From positions 12,065,407 to 12,129,406 of the forward strand of contig JARDVH010000157.1 of assembly GCA_030324005.1 (NCBI GenBank): DNA of 64,000 bases, given 5' to 3'. The notes under the pieces were generated by a model. The model was not told the origin of the DNA. It ran no database searches and saw only the letters and a list, made by a program, of their open reading frames with translations. Of this stretch, positions 1 through 11,255 are shown in pieces (the stretch's first letter is position 1; each line of letters opens with the position of its first letter). A program made the position numbers and the translations under genes. This DNA comes from Negaprion brevirostris. Lineage: Eukaryota.

Positions 1-390
1 TGATGTGGCAAATGCATATGTGATACAGGGTAATTTGATAAAGTGGATTCAAAATTGGCTCAGTTATAGGAGACAGATGGTGATGACAGAAGGCTGTTTT
101 AGTGACTGGAAACAAGTGTACAGTGGCTTACCACAGGGATCTGTTAAGGCGATACCCCCCACCCCCTCCCCCCGCCGGCTTATTCGTTATTTATATAAAT
201 GACATTGATGACTATGTGGGGGTTAGGATTAGTAAGTTTGCAGATGCCACAAAAATTGGATGGAGTGAATTGGGCTACAAGAAGTTATAGCCGGAATGAT
301 CAAATGAGCAGATAAGTGACAGATGGAATTTAACCCTGAAAAGTGTGAAGTGATATACTTTGGAAGGAGTAATTTGACAAGAAAATAAAA
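1..390 (+). mobile_element. CR1-clade LINE, decayed RT fragment
   Basis: Frame-shifted peptides WIQNWLSYRRQ, SGLPQGSV, LFVIYINDID and SKFADATKIG correspond to the CR1 RT motifs GVPQGSVLGP and FADDTK. Confidence 0.9.
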
Positions 391-399
391 TGATTAGAA

Positions 400-1350
400 G
401 ATCATGTGCATTCTATCATGTCGCTCACAGCATTACTACTGTGGAGCTCCAAGTAACCAGGAGTGAACTCAAGAGCACTCTGCCTTGTTTTCATCAAAGA
501 TTATCTCGGGCTGATTTATTAGGCTACTTTGGTCTTGCCACCAATTATAGATTGGCCTGCATATTGACTTTCGAGTTTTAGTGCCTCTTCTTCCACTGGT
601 CTCAGGATAGTAGCGTCTTGGCCCTTTCTTTATCAATGTGCAGTGTTCTTCTCCAATCTCACGTGTCCACTGCATGCCAAAAATAACCACAACATCTATG
701 CCCGTGGCAGCTTGATTGACAGGAATGCCTCCTAACATGGCCATTCATTAGCAGCTGTTCAGGAGTCAGTGCTGACAGATCATGGCCTTTCACAGAGATA
801 CTGACATGCCTCTGACAGACAAGGTTGCTGTTTTGCCATTGCCAAGGAATCCACATGTCCTTTTCAACAATCTCATATTTATGCCTAGTCATGTAAGGCT
901 GTAGCAATGTGGTGTACCCTCAAATAAAGTGCTGAAACAACTCAGCAGATCTGCAACATCTGTGAAGAAACAGCATTATTGTTTCCAGTCCCATATGACT
1001 TTGGAAAAACTGAGTGTGTTGCACTCACCTTGGCTGATTGCATGAGGTCATTAACTTGCTTGTAACACTGCAGCTAGATTTGTGAAACGTCCTCAGGTCT
1101 GCTGATTTCCTTTGCCATTCAGGCTTTCTCCGTCACCCAGGCCAGTTTCTTTCTTCCATTTTGTGGGAAGAGGACCTCTCTCCTTGCCCAAGTAGCCTTA
1201 GGAGAGCCTGCATGGAGACATTAATGGACCATGAGGCCTTCCTGGATCTTGTCAGCCATTCTGGACTGCCTAAGGTAATTTCACATAGGTTCAAATCCAG
1301 GTGCTACAAAGGTCCTATGCCCCAGAGATTGAATGCCTGGATTTTCTAAA
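400..1350 (-). mobile_element. Decayed PIF/Harbinger-type transposon remnant with a Myb/SANT-like ORF exon
   Basis: The minus strand at ~1290-1025 reads ARREVLFPQNGRR...QCYKQVNDLMQSAK followed by a GTGAGT donor. This is homologous to the plus-strand copy at 7290-7495. Confidence 0.55.
925..1000 (-). mobile_element. Penelope-like 3' terminal fragment
   Basis: The sequence gtgctgaaacaactcagcagatctgcaacatctgtgaagaaacag resembles the abundant shark tgctggaaaaactcagcaggtctggcagcatctgtggagag terminus. Confidence 0.5.
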
Positions 1351-1577
1351 TTGTTTTGTCCATTTCCTCAAGTGTACGATTCTAAATTGTTTGCAGAGAT
1401 ATTGTTGTCTGGGACCTACGGATTTACTAATTTGCTCCAACATTTGATTGCCCAGCATGTAATATTTAATGTATACATTGATGAGTAGCATTGCTGCAGT
1501 TTTTTATAATTTCTTGATTTAGTGTATCTTTTTTGTTAGTCATTTCAAGTTTGATTTATCCTGCACTATGACCCAAC

Positions 1578-1790
1578 ATGGTGGCAAGCACTGGTGCCTC
1601 ACAGCACCAGGGGCTTGGGTTCAATAGCGGCCTTGGGTCACTGTCTGTGCAGAGTTTGCATACTTTTCTGCATGGGTTTCCTCCACACAGTCCAAAAATG
1701 TGTGGGGTTACGGGAATTGGGATCTGGATGGGATTGTGGTCAGTACAGATTTGATGGGCTGAATAACCTCCTTCTGCACTGTATGATTCT
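1578..1790 (+). mobile_element. HE1-like tRNA-derived SINE, internally deleted
   Basis: Has a box A/B-like head (gcctcacagcaccaggggcttgggttcaat), a V-domain-like core and a CR1-type tail ending ctgtatgattct. Confidence 0.8.
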
Positions 1791-2244
1791 ACAACCCTTT
1801 ATTTCTGAAAGCAAAGAGAATGCTTTTAAAAATAGGTGCAATTATCTTTTTAGGTTAGAACTGATTTGTATGGACAGCTCCAGTGGGGTGAATTGAACTG
1901 TGCGATATTAATAAATGACAATGTTAAAATCCAATGGATTAACGACAAAGGAATGTCGAATGAACGGATTAATGTACTTGTATGCCAATCTCACACAGCA
2001 TGATTTCAACTCAACTGAGATATCTGAACCCACAAAATGATGATTCACAGAATAAATATTGATCCACTTGTCACTTATGAAACTGTAATGAGACATTAAT
2101 AAAGAAGCACAATTTAAGAACATAATTTAATCGGTAAAGGGTTATCCTATAATTGGTGTTGTAATATTTTCAAAATAGTACAAACCATTCACAGTGACTT
2201 TGCATTGCTCGAGACAACTTTTGTTTAAAAAAAGCTTTCAATTA

Positions 2245-2460
2245 TATAGTTAGTGCTTTATCATAATGTGAGGATGTCCCAAACCCTTCACAACCAAATT
2301 AACTGCTTTTGGAAGTGAAGTCACTGTCATTCTATGGATAAACACAGTAGCCAATTGCAAGGTCCCAAGAACAGAATGATTAGCCATATAATCTGTTTTT
2401 GGTGATTTTGGTTAAGGAAGAAATACTGCTATCATACCAGAGTACAACTGGCTATTTGGT
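2245..2460 (-). mobile_element. SacSINE1/DeuSINE-like SINE 3' half
   Basis: Reverse complement resembles the better-preserved copy at 43105-43510. Confidence 0.55.
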
Positions 2461-2699
2461 TAACTATAAGATTAATATGATTTTCTAGCAGGAGTCACTG
2501 GATGGTGATAAGTAGCTGAAACCCTAACTGATTTTTCCCTTCCATAGGCCAGAGATTTTGAAGCCCAAACTCTGTAAAGATTAAGGACTGAAGACCCAAG
2601 GTTCTTTGGTCTGTAAAAGTCTACTTTTCCAGAAGATAGTGCCATTTATCCCCAGTCTTTTCAATCCTTTCACTAGGGAGCCTGTGTTTCTTCACAGCA

Positions 2700-2935
2700 T
2701 GGTTCCATTATAGCAAAAGGTTGTTCAGCCGTTCATTTCTGCACTGGCTGTCCAAAAATGCAATTTATCTAGACACTTCCTATCTTTTGCCTCACGTTCT
2801 TTTGCCCTGCACGTTCTTTGTTTTTAAATAATAATAATCCAGTTCGTTCCTTAATTTCAAATGAACCTGCCTCCACCATACTGTCAGGCAGTGCATTCCA
2901 GATCCCAACCAGTTGCTGTCTGAAAAAGTTTTGAA
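2700..2935 (-). mobile_element. CR1 3' end fragment
   Basis: Minus-strand peptide NFFRQQLVGIWNALPDSMVEAGS matches the CR1 ORF2 C-terminal motif FFSQRVV..WN.LP..VVEA. Confidence 0.8.
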
Positions 2936-3182
2936 TTAAAAATGACCACTGCTGCTGGATCACTATTGTGGAGGGGAAACCCCCACTTCTTGTTCAAATT
3001 GCTATAAATGACATTTACAAATCAGAATGAGTGACACATGGCAAATTTGAAATAAATCCTCACTGCCCTACCTGTACCTGCACACAAACTTCTACATCCA
3101 CCATGTAACCTAAGCAGACACAGTTAACAGGTCAACCACAATGACACATAACCCCCCGCCTCTCATTTTTTGAATGCAACCA

Positions 3183-3800
3183 TGTTAGTCTCTCAGACCA
3201 GAACACCAAGTTACATTAGGAAACTAGACTAGACCCGAACAATCTTTCCTTTTTGGCATAAAAATGTGATGATGGAATAATTCCTGGAAAGGAATATCCT
3301 ATGAACAAAATAGGGATTTTTATAGTGAAAGAATCTTTATTTAATAATAAAGTTTAAATATAACTCTGGCAAATGAATTAGCTTAACCATTAACAGTTGA
3401 AAAATATTTAAAAACGAAAAGAAACAACTTTATTTTCTTTTTTTATTCCTGTTCCAAATAAGCCCCATTCATGCATGGCTTAAACCCATTTTTAAATAAT
3501 GTTAGCAAACCCAGGCATACTTGCTTTAACATTTGTTAATAATCTTGCAGCTTTCAAGAGGGATAGAGTTCTGAAGCCTACAACATCTTTTTAACTTCAA
3601 CCAGGCTTCAGTTACATCTAACTGCTTTCTGCCACAGTTTTTTCTATCTGCTACAGACCCATCTCTGCACATTAATAACACCATCACATGATCCTATCAA
3701 TCACTCTAATCAGAAATCCTAGGGGAACTTAAGTGACCAAAAGTCCATTAGCTCTACTTAAAATAAACACTTACAAAGTGTTTACAAACACCTTATCCAA
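3183..3800. mobile_element. Possible degenerate solo LTR
   Basis: Starts TGTT and shares loose organisation with the segments at ~26940 and ~56554 (cagaacacc/cagaacccc...gacc, later a tttatt signal). No TSD was identified. Confidence 0.3.
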
Positions 3801-3801
3801 A

Positions 3802-3883
3802 AGGCTTTTGATAAGGTGCCTCATAAAAGGTTGCTACAGAAGGTTAGGGTGCACAGAGTTGGGGGTAAGGTGTTAGCGTGGAT
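3802..3883 (+). mobile_element. CR1 RT fragment running into an assembly gap
   Basis: KAFDKVPHKRLLQKVRVHRVGGKVLAW is the CR1 RT motif. Confidence 0.85.
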
Positions 3884-4329
3884 NNNNNNNNNNNNNNNNN
3901 NNNNNNNNNNNNNNNNNNNNNNNNNNNNNNNNNNNNNNNNNNNNNNNNNNNNNNNNNNNNNNNNNNNNNNNNNNNNNNNNNNNAAGCTGAATTTTTAAAC
4001 ATTCCTCTTAAACATATATATGTGACTGGTTGAAGTTATTTAAGGACAGGTAACCTTGCATAGGAGTACCCTGAGGAAAGGGTGGTCGCAACCAAAGGAG
4101 ATACTGGGGGAAAGATTTCTGCACTGCCCAGTCCTTTGGCTCAGTGTTCTAGACACCTCACAGCTTACAGTCTGTCCCTGTGGTTAATGAAAACTCAAAA
4201 GGCTGCTTTCCAGAATGGTAGTAAAATCATTATCGGTAATAAATCTGGCATAATTGGATGAAATTAATCCTTTATACAATCAAACACAATCAGTTTGTTG
4301 ATGTATTTCAATAGTGTTTAAGTAAAAGA

Positions 4330-4800
4330 GCTTTGATTCAAAGACTTCCTCATCACACACCTAAGAAACAGTTCAGTGACTGGTTATATAAGCAAATGTG
4401 AAACTATTCAGAATTCCACAAACAATGATGATAAGCATGACCAGTAAATCATTGAGGTTTTGTTTAGAATCATAAATAGAGTCATATAGCATAGAAGGAT
4501 GTGTTCAGCCCATTGTACTTGCTCCAGCTCTTGAAAGAACTATCCAATTAGTCCCTGTTTAAAGGATGAATGTTAGCCAAGATGTTGATTGAACTCCCCC
4601 GTTCTTCTTGGGATCTTTAGCATCCAATAAACAGCAGTAACATGCAGGTAGTGCCTCTGTTTAATACATTCCCCAAAGGGTAGTGAATTGCATCAGTGTT
4701 TTCTGGAAGTGTCAGCCAAGGTTGTGTGCTCAAGTCCTGGAGTGAGGCCACAACCTTCTGACTTGCAGGTGAGAGTGCTACCAGTTGAGGCAAGCTGCCA
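4330..4800 (-). mobile_element. SacSINE1-like SINE interrupted by a CR1 tail at ~4470-4555
   Basis: Contains the minus-strand tRNA-like head (gagagtgctaccagttgag) and the tgtgctcaagtcctggagtg core shared with other copies. Confidence 0.55.
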
Positions 4801-5804
4801 AAGTAATTATTAAGCTAACTGTCCACCACTTCAATGAGTAAAAGCTAACTAGACATATGTCCACTGATGGCCTTGACTCTAATCTGGCTCCCAGCCAAGT
4901 TAATCTGAAAGTAGAATTCATGTAGAAATGTAAGAGCTTTACTCCAACTCTGATAATGTGTCCTTTTTAGCGCAGTGAAGTGACAGGCAGTATGTGGTAA
5001 AGGTGACAGGGCAGAAATATTGTTTAGATTTGGTGAAATAAAAAGCATGCTATATGTATTCAGCTTCATTCTAACAAGTTTAAATGTGCAAAAACAAGCC
5101 GCAGAGTCCACCAGGTCTGGCTTGCACTCCACTATGTGAATCAACTGATATTATAGCAATTCCCTTGAACCATCACCACAGAGGGAGGCAGCTGTGGGTC
5201 ATTAGCAAACCACAGAAAGTTGAAGGCCACTTTGATGTTTGTTATAATTGAGAGTTGCAAAGAAAAGAATCTAAGATATCACTAGTTCTGCCATCTTTGA
5301 TTTCAATACTCAAAATGTGTGCAATAAATGTTACTGAGTTGTTTTGATGACATTAACAGTGGAAGAAAGTATCCTGAGAAAGGAACTTCCGAGTCCAAAG
5401 GAATGATGAAGCCTTTATTTCTGCATTCCTATAGTAATTCATCAGAAAATGTTCTTACCCAGGAACTGTTACCACATCAAGAATGCTCTTATTAATGTCA
5501 TTGAGAAATCCAAGTGGTTAGCAGAGGGGAAATGTGCGGGTCATATATTTGGATAAATTAATTGGTCATTAGATGATACCAAACTTTCTCTGATCATGGG
5601 AAGGGGAAAGCTGAAGATTTTCATATCAGGTCTTCTACTTTTTGGCTCATTAAGTATGTATCAGCAGGAAGCTTGTCAAATCTAGTGGTGGNNNNNNNNN
5701 NNNNNNNNNNNNNNNNNNNNNNNNNNNNNNNNNNNNNNNNNNNNNNNNNNNNNNNNNNNNNNNNNNNNNNNNNNNNNNNNNNNNNNNNNNNTCATTGTTT
5801 TTTA

Positions 5805-6260
5805 ACTGGTCGGCGCAACATCGTGGGCTGAAGGGCCTGTTCTGCGCTGTAATGTTCTATGTTCTATGATTGAATGACATGAAACTTGCGAAGTGCAGTA
5901 AACTCTGAGAAAGATAGCAATGGACTTCAAGAGAACATAGCTGTGGAATGAGCAGATACGTGACAAATTAAATTCACCCAGGAAGGTATGAGGTGATAAG
6001 TTGTTCTCATTGGCTGAAGAATCAATAATGAGAGGAAAGAACCAGAAGCAACTTTAGGAAAAACTTCTTTGCACAACAATTTGGAATATAGTGGGCAATA
6101 GAGATTCAGTTGTAGTGTTCAAAAGAGAATTGAATAAATACTTGGAGGAGAAAATTGTAGAACATGGGGAATAAAAAGGAAGTAGGACTAACCAATTTGC
6201 ACTTTCAAAGTGCAGACTCAATGGGCCAAACAGCCTTTTATGCTGTACTATTCCAAAATG
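5805..6260 (+). mobile_element. CR1 3' tail followed by an older CR1 3' fragment
   Basis: A tail ggcgcaacatcgtgggctgaagggcctgttctgcgctgtaatgttctatgttctatg is followed by decayed ORF2 C-terminal sequence. Confidence 0.75.
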
Positions 6261-6959
6261 TGTTGGAGGGGGAGGGGGAGGGGAAGTGTCTGAAACAGAA
6301 ACTTCCTTCCCATTTATAGGGAGAAATGAGTACAATATTATTCAACAGAAGATGACGAATTGTGAATTCACGAGCTGTGTTCAGATTTAAAATAACCCAG
6401 TTGGTTCACCAGCACGCAAACAGAAAGTGATTATTATTTTGAGTACAGAGGTTTAATTATTGTTCTGATGTATTCCCATCTTTCTCTGTTATTGCTGACT
6501 GACCTGCCATGTTTATTTAGTTAAATCCCTTGTTTGGACTATTTTCAGGGACTTCTGTTTCTCTGACACCACCTGACCCCCACATTCTCCCCAACTCTAC
6601 CTCCTTGAATCAGGTATATCCTTCCTCAAATGTGATCACGGGAAGTTATACTAAAGAGGCTTCCATTGTAAGTCATGCTGAACAAATAGTGTGCTTTGGT
6701 TTCACAGACAGGTAACTTTGTGGTGAGAATTACCTTGAGTCTTTTTGTATTTTGGATCTAGTTTAAATTCTTTTCTTTCTCCAGTTGTAGGTCGCTCAAG
6801 GAGCTTTTTGGCTGTCCCTCTCCCCAATAATTCATCCATCTTTGAGCGAGCAGGACGTGGTGTCTCTCTAACACAGAAAATAAACTTTTAATTTACTTTT
6901 CACTATACTAATACATGTGACAATCATAAATCAAATCAAAGAAACAGGCAAAATCTAAG

Positions 6960-8970
6960 ACTGCGGGCTAAATGAGGGTCAATAGAATCTACCACTATAT
7001 TATACGTGCTCACCAATTTAGTTCCCTTGGTGAGTGGTATCTTGGTGCAGCAACTGACATCAGTAGAACTTTCACCTTGAGGTGGGATAGCTGACCACAC
7101 CCAATCCTACACAGTCAGCCAACTGACCATGCACATCCAAGAAGGCTGATCAACTGTGAAGTGGGGCAGGAAGTTGCCAATCCCACCATTATCTCACAGG
7201 GTCAAAGGCCCTGACACCATATTTAAACGGCTCCTGCATGCACACTCACTCGCTGCAGGCCAAGTGTATATTATCGATCAGGCTTTCCATGGTGCCTAAA
7301 AGAACCAAACTACCCATTTCATGGTTCATCTGGGACTTCTCCTCCAGGCCATCCAGGAAAGGGAGGGTATCCTTTTTCCTCAGGATGGAAGCAGGAGGTC
7401 CACCAACCTAACCTTGATGGCCTGAGATGTCATTGGTGAAGTCAGCACCCGGGCCACCAAAAGAAAGAATGATCTAATGAGCACCACCAGGGTAAATGAA
7501 TCTTCTCCTCACTCAAATTCACGTTCTCGCAAGAGCTTCAGGCAGGCAAAGATTGGAGACCACAATGTCATGCACAACCAGCAAATGGGACAAGAGCACT
7601 GATTGTCTGACAATTGCTTTAAGATCCCCATCTCACATAAGACCCTGCACAAATGGCACTTTCATCCTTTACTGGAGAGGGCTCAGTGCCCACAGTAAGC
7701 ATGCATACTTCAGAACTGCTCCTCCCCCAACAAGCCAATGAGGATCCATTCAATATACATCGGCCACACACAGACGATGACTGTGAGTGACCTATAGTGT
7801 AGGTGCCTGCCGAGTCAATTATTAACACTTTTCTCCATTCCAGCTAACAGTAAGAAAGGGGATAGGAAGAACTCCAGAAAGCGCTGGATAAGAATGATGA
7901 GCACTGCATTCACTCGCACCTTCCACCAGTGCAGATGCACATTCTATTTTAAGAATACTTTTGTGATAACTGAGATCGAGACCAATGATGAGCCTCTGCA
8001 ATCAGCCTTGATAGAAATGTTGCAGATGTAGAGACAGACAAGGGAACATCAGGCAGGAGTGTCAGAGGTTGTTACCAGAATGTGTAATATCGTAGCTTCA
8101 GCATGTAAATGCATTGAAGTCTCCGTAGGAAGGGTGGCAGTCACCTTGAACATCCAGGTCCAGCAGAATGCACAGCTTCTTCATTTGTACTCAGGCCTGC
8201 ATTTCTTCGCTCTAGCCATGGCAGTGTTCCAGCAGTGGCTAAGCAAGAGGAGCAAGAGGCACCTCAGCCCTTTTGCAGGTGGCCCTTTTCCTCAAGCAGT
8301 CAGGGATAGCCCCTTGGGCACCCAAAAGGAGGAACAGTATCAGCCAGACTCCCAGGGCTATCTACCCATGAATCTCCAAGAATGCCTGCCACTCCAAGTC
8401 TCCTCTGCCTGTGACCCCCATCATCTCCTGCAGGTCTGATCGAGGAGGGTGCCTGTGCCCTCGAGCAAGAAACTCTGAGTTGACTGGGTCCCTCCAGGCT
8501 TCAGGCCTCCTTAGGATGCACACCAAAGTCATCTCAGACAACAGGGCATAACAGTCAGCAGGCTGCCTCCACCTCTGTTGCGGGTGTCAAGGCTGCATCT
8601 AAACATGACAGCAAAGGAAAATGTGGAAGTTGTAAATGCGCAAAGATATATTTTGTTTTTAATCCCTCTCCAAGTCTTAGATATTGAAAGACTCATGGAT
8701 GTGATGCAATGTCCTATATTCATTCAAGGGTCTAAATGCGTCCCCCCCCACAATTATTTCCCATTTCCCATCTTGTTCCTCAGTTCCACGAGATTTCACT
8801 CAATCTCATCACCGTCAATTGCCTAGTTCCACGTAAGAAACATGAACAAAAGCAGTTCCCATTTGAAAATGATAGCTGGAAAATGCACCTGTAACCTATG
8901 CATCTGAGGCTCACATTATGTGATCTCATGAGAATTGCACATGGAAAGTTAGTCAATATCCTGATTTGCT
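6960..8970 (+). mobile_element. Decayed PIF/Harbinger-type element with Myb/SANT-like accessory gene remnants
   Basis: 7330-7495 reads LLLQAIQEREGILFPQDGSRR...KRKNDLMSTTR with a GTAAAT donor, matching the LL..V..R..LF...K.NDL Myb-like pattern. Downstream there is an acceptor at ~7843 and decayed coding-like sequence to ~8640. Outer boundaries are uncertain. Confidence 0.55.
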
Positions 8971-10043
8971 GCTCTGAAATATATTCTTAATATTTATCGT
9001 GACCCATGTTGGAGTCTTTTCATCTAAGTATTCTGGCTGGGGAATGGAAGAGAAGTGAGGATATCACAGTAAATGCTGATACTGTCCTTGACCCGTGTCC
9101 AGTGGTTGTGTTGGAGATCAGAAGGGACAATCCTGATTTCACTTGACTAAGGGACAATGAAAATATTGACAACATCTACAACNNNNNNNCTGAAACTAGG
9201 TAACACACCATAGAATGGAGATCAATCCTAGCTCCCTTCCAGGTCTGTATGGCTCATCCGTACTGTCTCAGAGAATGCTGGAGACATCAGAACCCACTAG
9301 CATTCTCTGTCCAGGCTAGTTTCCAGCTGATCTATGTTGGGAACCATATTTGCATTAATTTTCATCTCATGAACATTTGGCAACTCAGTGGGATTACATT
9401 CTCCCTCCAAATTAAGCACACTCCTGTGGATAATTAAAATGGGAAATGGGGTATTGAGGAGTGGGAATGCAAAACAAAGTGGAGTAGTAAGAGTCAGAGA
9501 CTGTCCTGGGGCTGAGATCACACCGTTGGAGACATTTTGAACAGGCTGCCCCAGGGCTGGAGACATGATATCAGGCATATACTGACCAAATGTCCTGGGG
9601 CTGGGGCCACACTGACCATTTCTGGGAAACTTAAAGGGAAAGGATACAATAATAGAATGAAACAGCGATCAACTCAATCACAATTCTTATTACGTGAGTC
9701 CTAAGTTTGAGAATGTTCATTTAATATCATTCAGGCTGAATGCAGCTTGCACCAAATGATTGCTTTATTCTATTTATTAATTTGACAATAGAAAAATCCT
9801 AAAGGATTCCTAGAAATCATTTGTATTTCATAAAGAGTGATGCCAGCACAGTTTGACAAAAAAAAACTTAGTTCCTTCGTTCCATTATTTTTTCACTCAC
9901 GATCTGCCTCTAAACTTCTGTTGAACCATTTGTTAAGCCGTGAACTAGTCACCGTCATAGAGTACCATAATTGCATCTCATTCAAACAAAATTTTGGTGA
10001 GTGAGATTTGGAAGGCACCAAATCAGAGTGAGGATGTTTATAC

Positions 10044-10312
10044 TGTTGTAGGGTGTCAGTAGGTCAGTAGGACTGAAAAAAAAATTTGTAGTCCTGTGTA
10101 AGCTAACTACAAGTCTTTACTGACTCTTAGAACTATTTACAAATATAAATAAAGGGTATAAGCTAGGAACTGTCTCCATGCTTGCTAGTTTACAGTTCTG
10201 TCCAACACTCAAATGAACCTGGGTGCAGATCATGTGTTCTCTTACATAATTTTGTGACAGTACTGTACTCAGTCCTACATTAACACTTTATGTACCAGAC
10301 CCCTTTATTGCA
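10044..10312 (-). repeat. 3' LTR of the Gypsy element
   Basis: Aligns colinearly with 14064-14325 (shared blocks cagtagg, aagtcttta, ctatttacaaatata, agctagg, tctccatgc, cctgggtg, tgtgttctctta, gtactgtactc, ccagaccc). Confidence 0.85.
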
Positions 10313-11156
10313 CTTCCCCCAAGTCTTTGCCCAATGTAGTTTGAGTAATTATGGGTTACCTTGTGTATTGTATTGTCATTCATTAACATTGTCATTACTA
10401 CATTATCACTATTCCATCTCCCCCTTTAATTCCTGAATCCAAGGGTTCAGACAGTCTGGGAGACAGTTCGCACAAGCCTTCCATATCTCATTTGCACCAC
10501 TGCTGGAGGTGTGGTGGGCTCTGTTATTACCAGTTTTTTCTGTAGGGTTGGAGGTTGTTCTGGCATCTGGGTACGTTTCTGTGTCTCTCCATTGCACAGT
10601 GGGATGGCAGTCTTGGGATAAGGTGGAGATTCCTTCTGTTTCTCCTGGCTGCGCCCCCTGTGGTGCCAACTAGGTAGAAGCGAGGTTGGTTCTTATCCTT
10701 TCTAATGATGGTACCTTCTCCCTCAAGGTCTTTAGTCCAGGCCTTCTCATCTTTCTGGAATTGCAGTTAGTGTCTGCTGCAGTACCTTCTGTTATAAGTG
10801 GAACCTTGCTTCTGCCTGTAGAAGAGCTCTCTTCCTTGAATGTCCTGATAATTGTTGATTACCACCGCTTGTAGGAGTTTTTTGGTAAAATTGGAAGTAG
10901 TGTTTAGAGCTTCCTGCCCATCAAGAGTTCAGAAGATGACAGGTTGCATTATAAAAGGGTGGACCTTACGTGAGCAATACTGTTGGGAAATCCTCATTCT
11001 TTGTTAGATGGACTTTTAGTGTATAAAACTCTCTTTCAGCTGGCACAGTGGTGGAAGCTAGATGTACCAGTGAAGTACACAAAATATTCATTTGAAAATT
11101 GTGCACTATTATCAGACACGATCTCATCCAGGATGGCATGGTTCACAAACACAAAT

Positions 11157-11255
11157 GGGGGAGAGGGCCTGGGTAAGATACACTGTCAGAGAGTCAGTGC
11201 AGACTCAGTAAACTGAATGGATTCCTCCTGCACTGTAAAGATTCTATGATTCTAT
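11157..11255 (+). mobile_element. HE1/CR1-type 3' tail nested in the Gypsy integrase
   Basis: gggcctgggtaagatacactgtcagagagtcagtgcagactc...gattctatgattcta interrupts the integrase frame. Confidence 0.8.

Noticed and set aside
6549-6711. Possible 163-nt cassette exon (ttttcAG...cag|GTAACT), open in the exon 1 frame
   Set aside because: No recognisable homology, it would frameshift exon 2, and such signals are expected by chance in 60 kb. It would need RNA-seq support.
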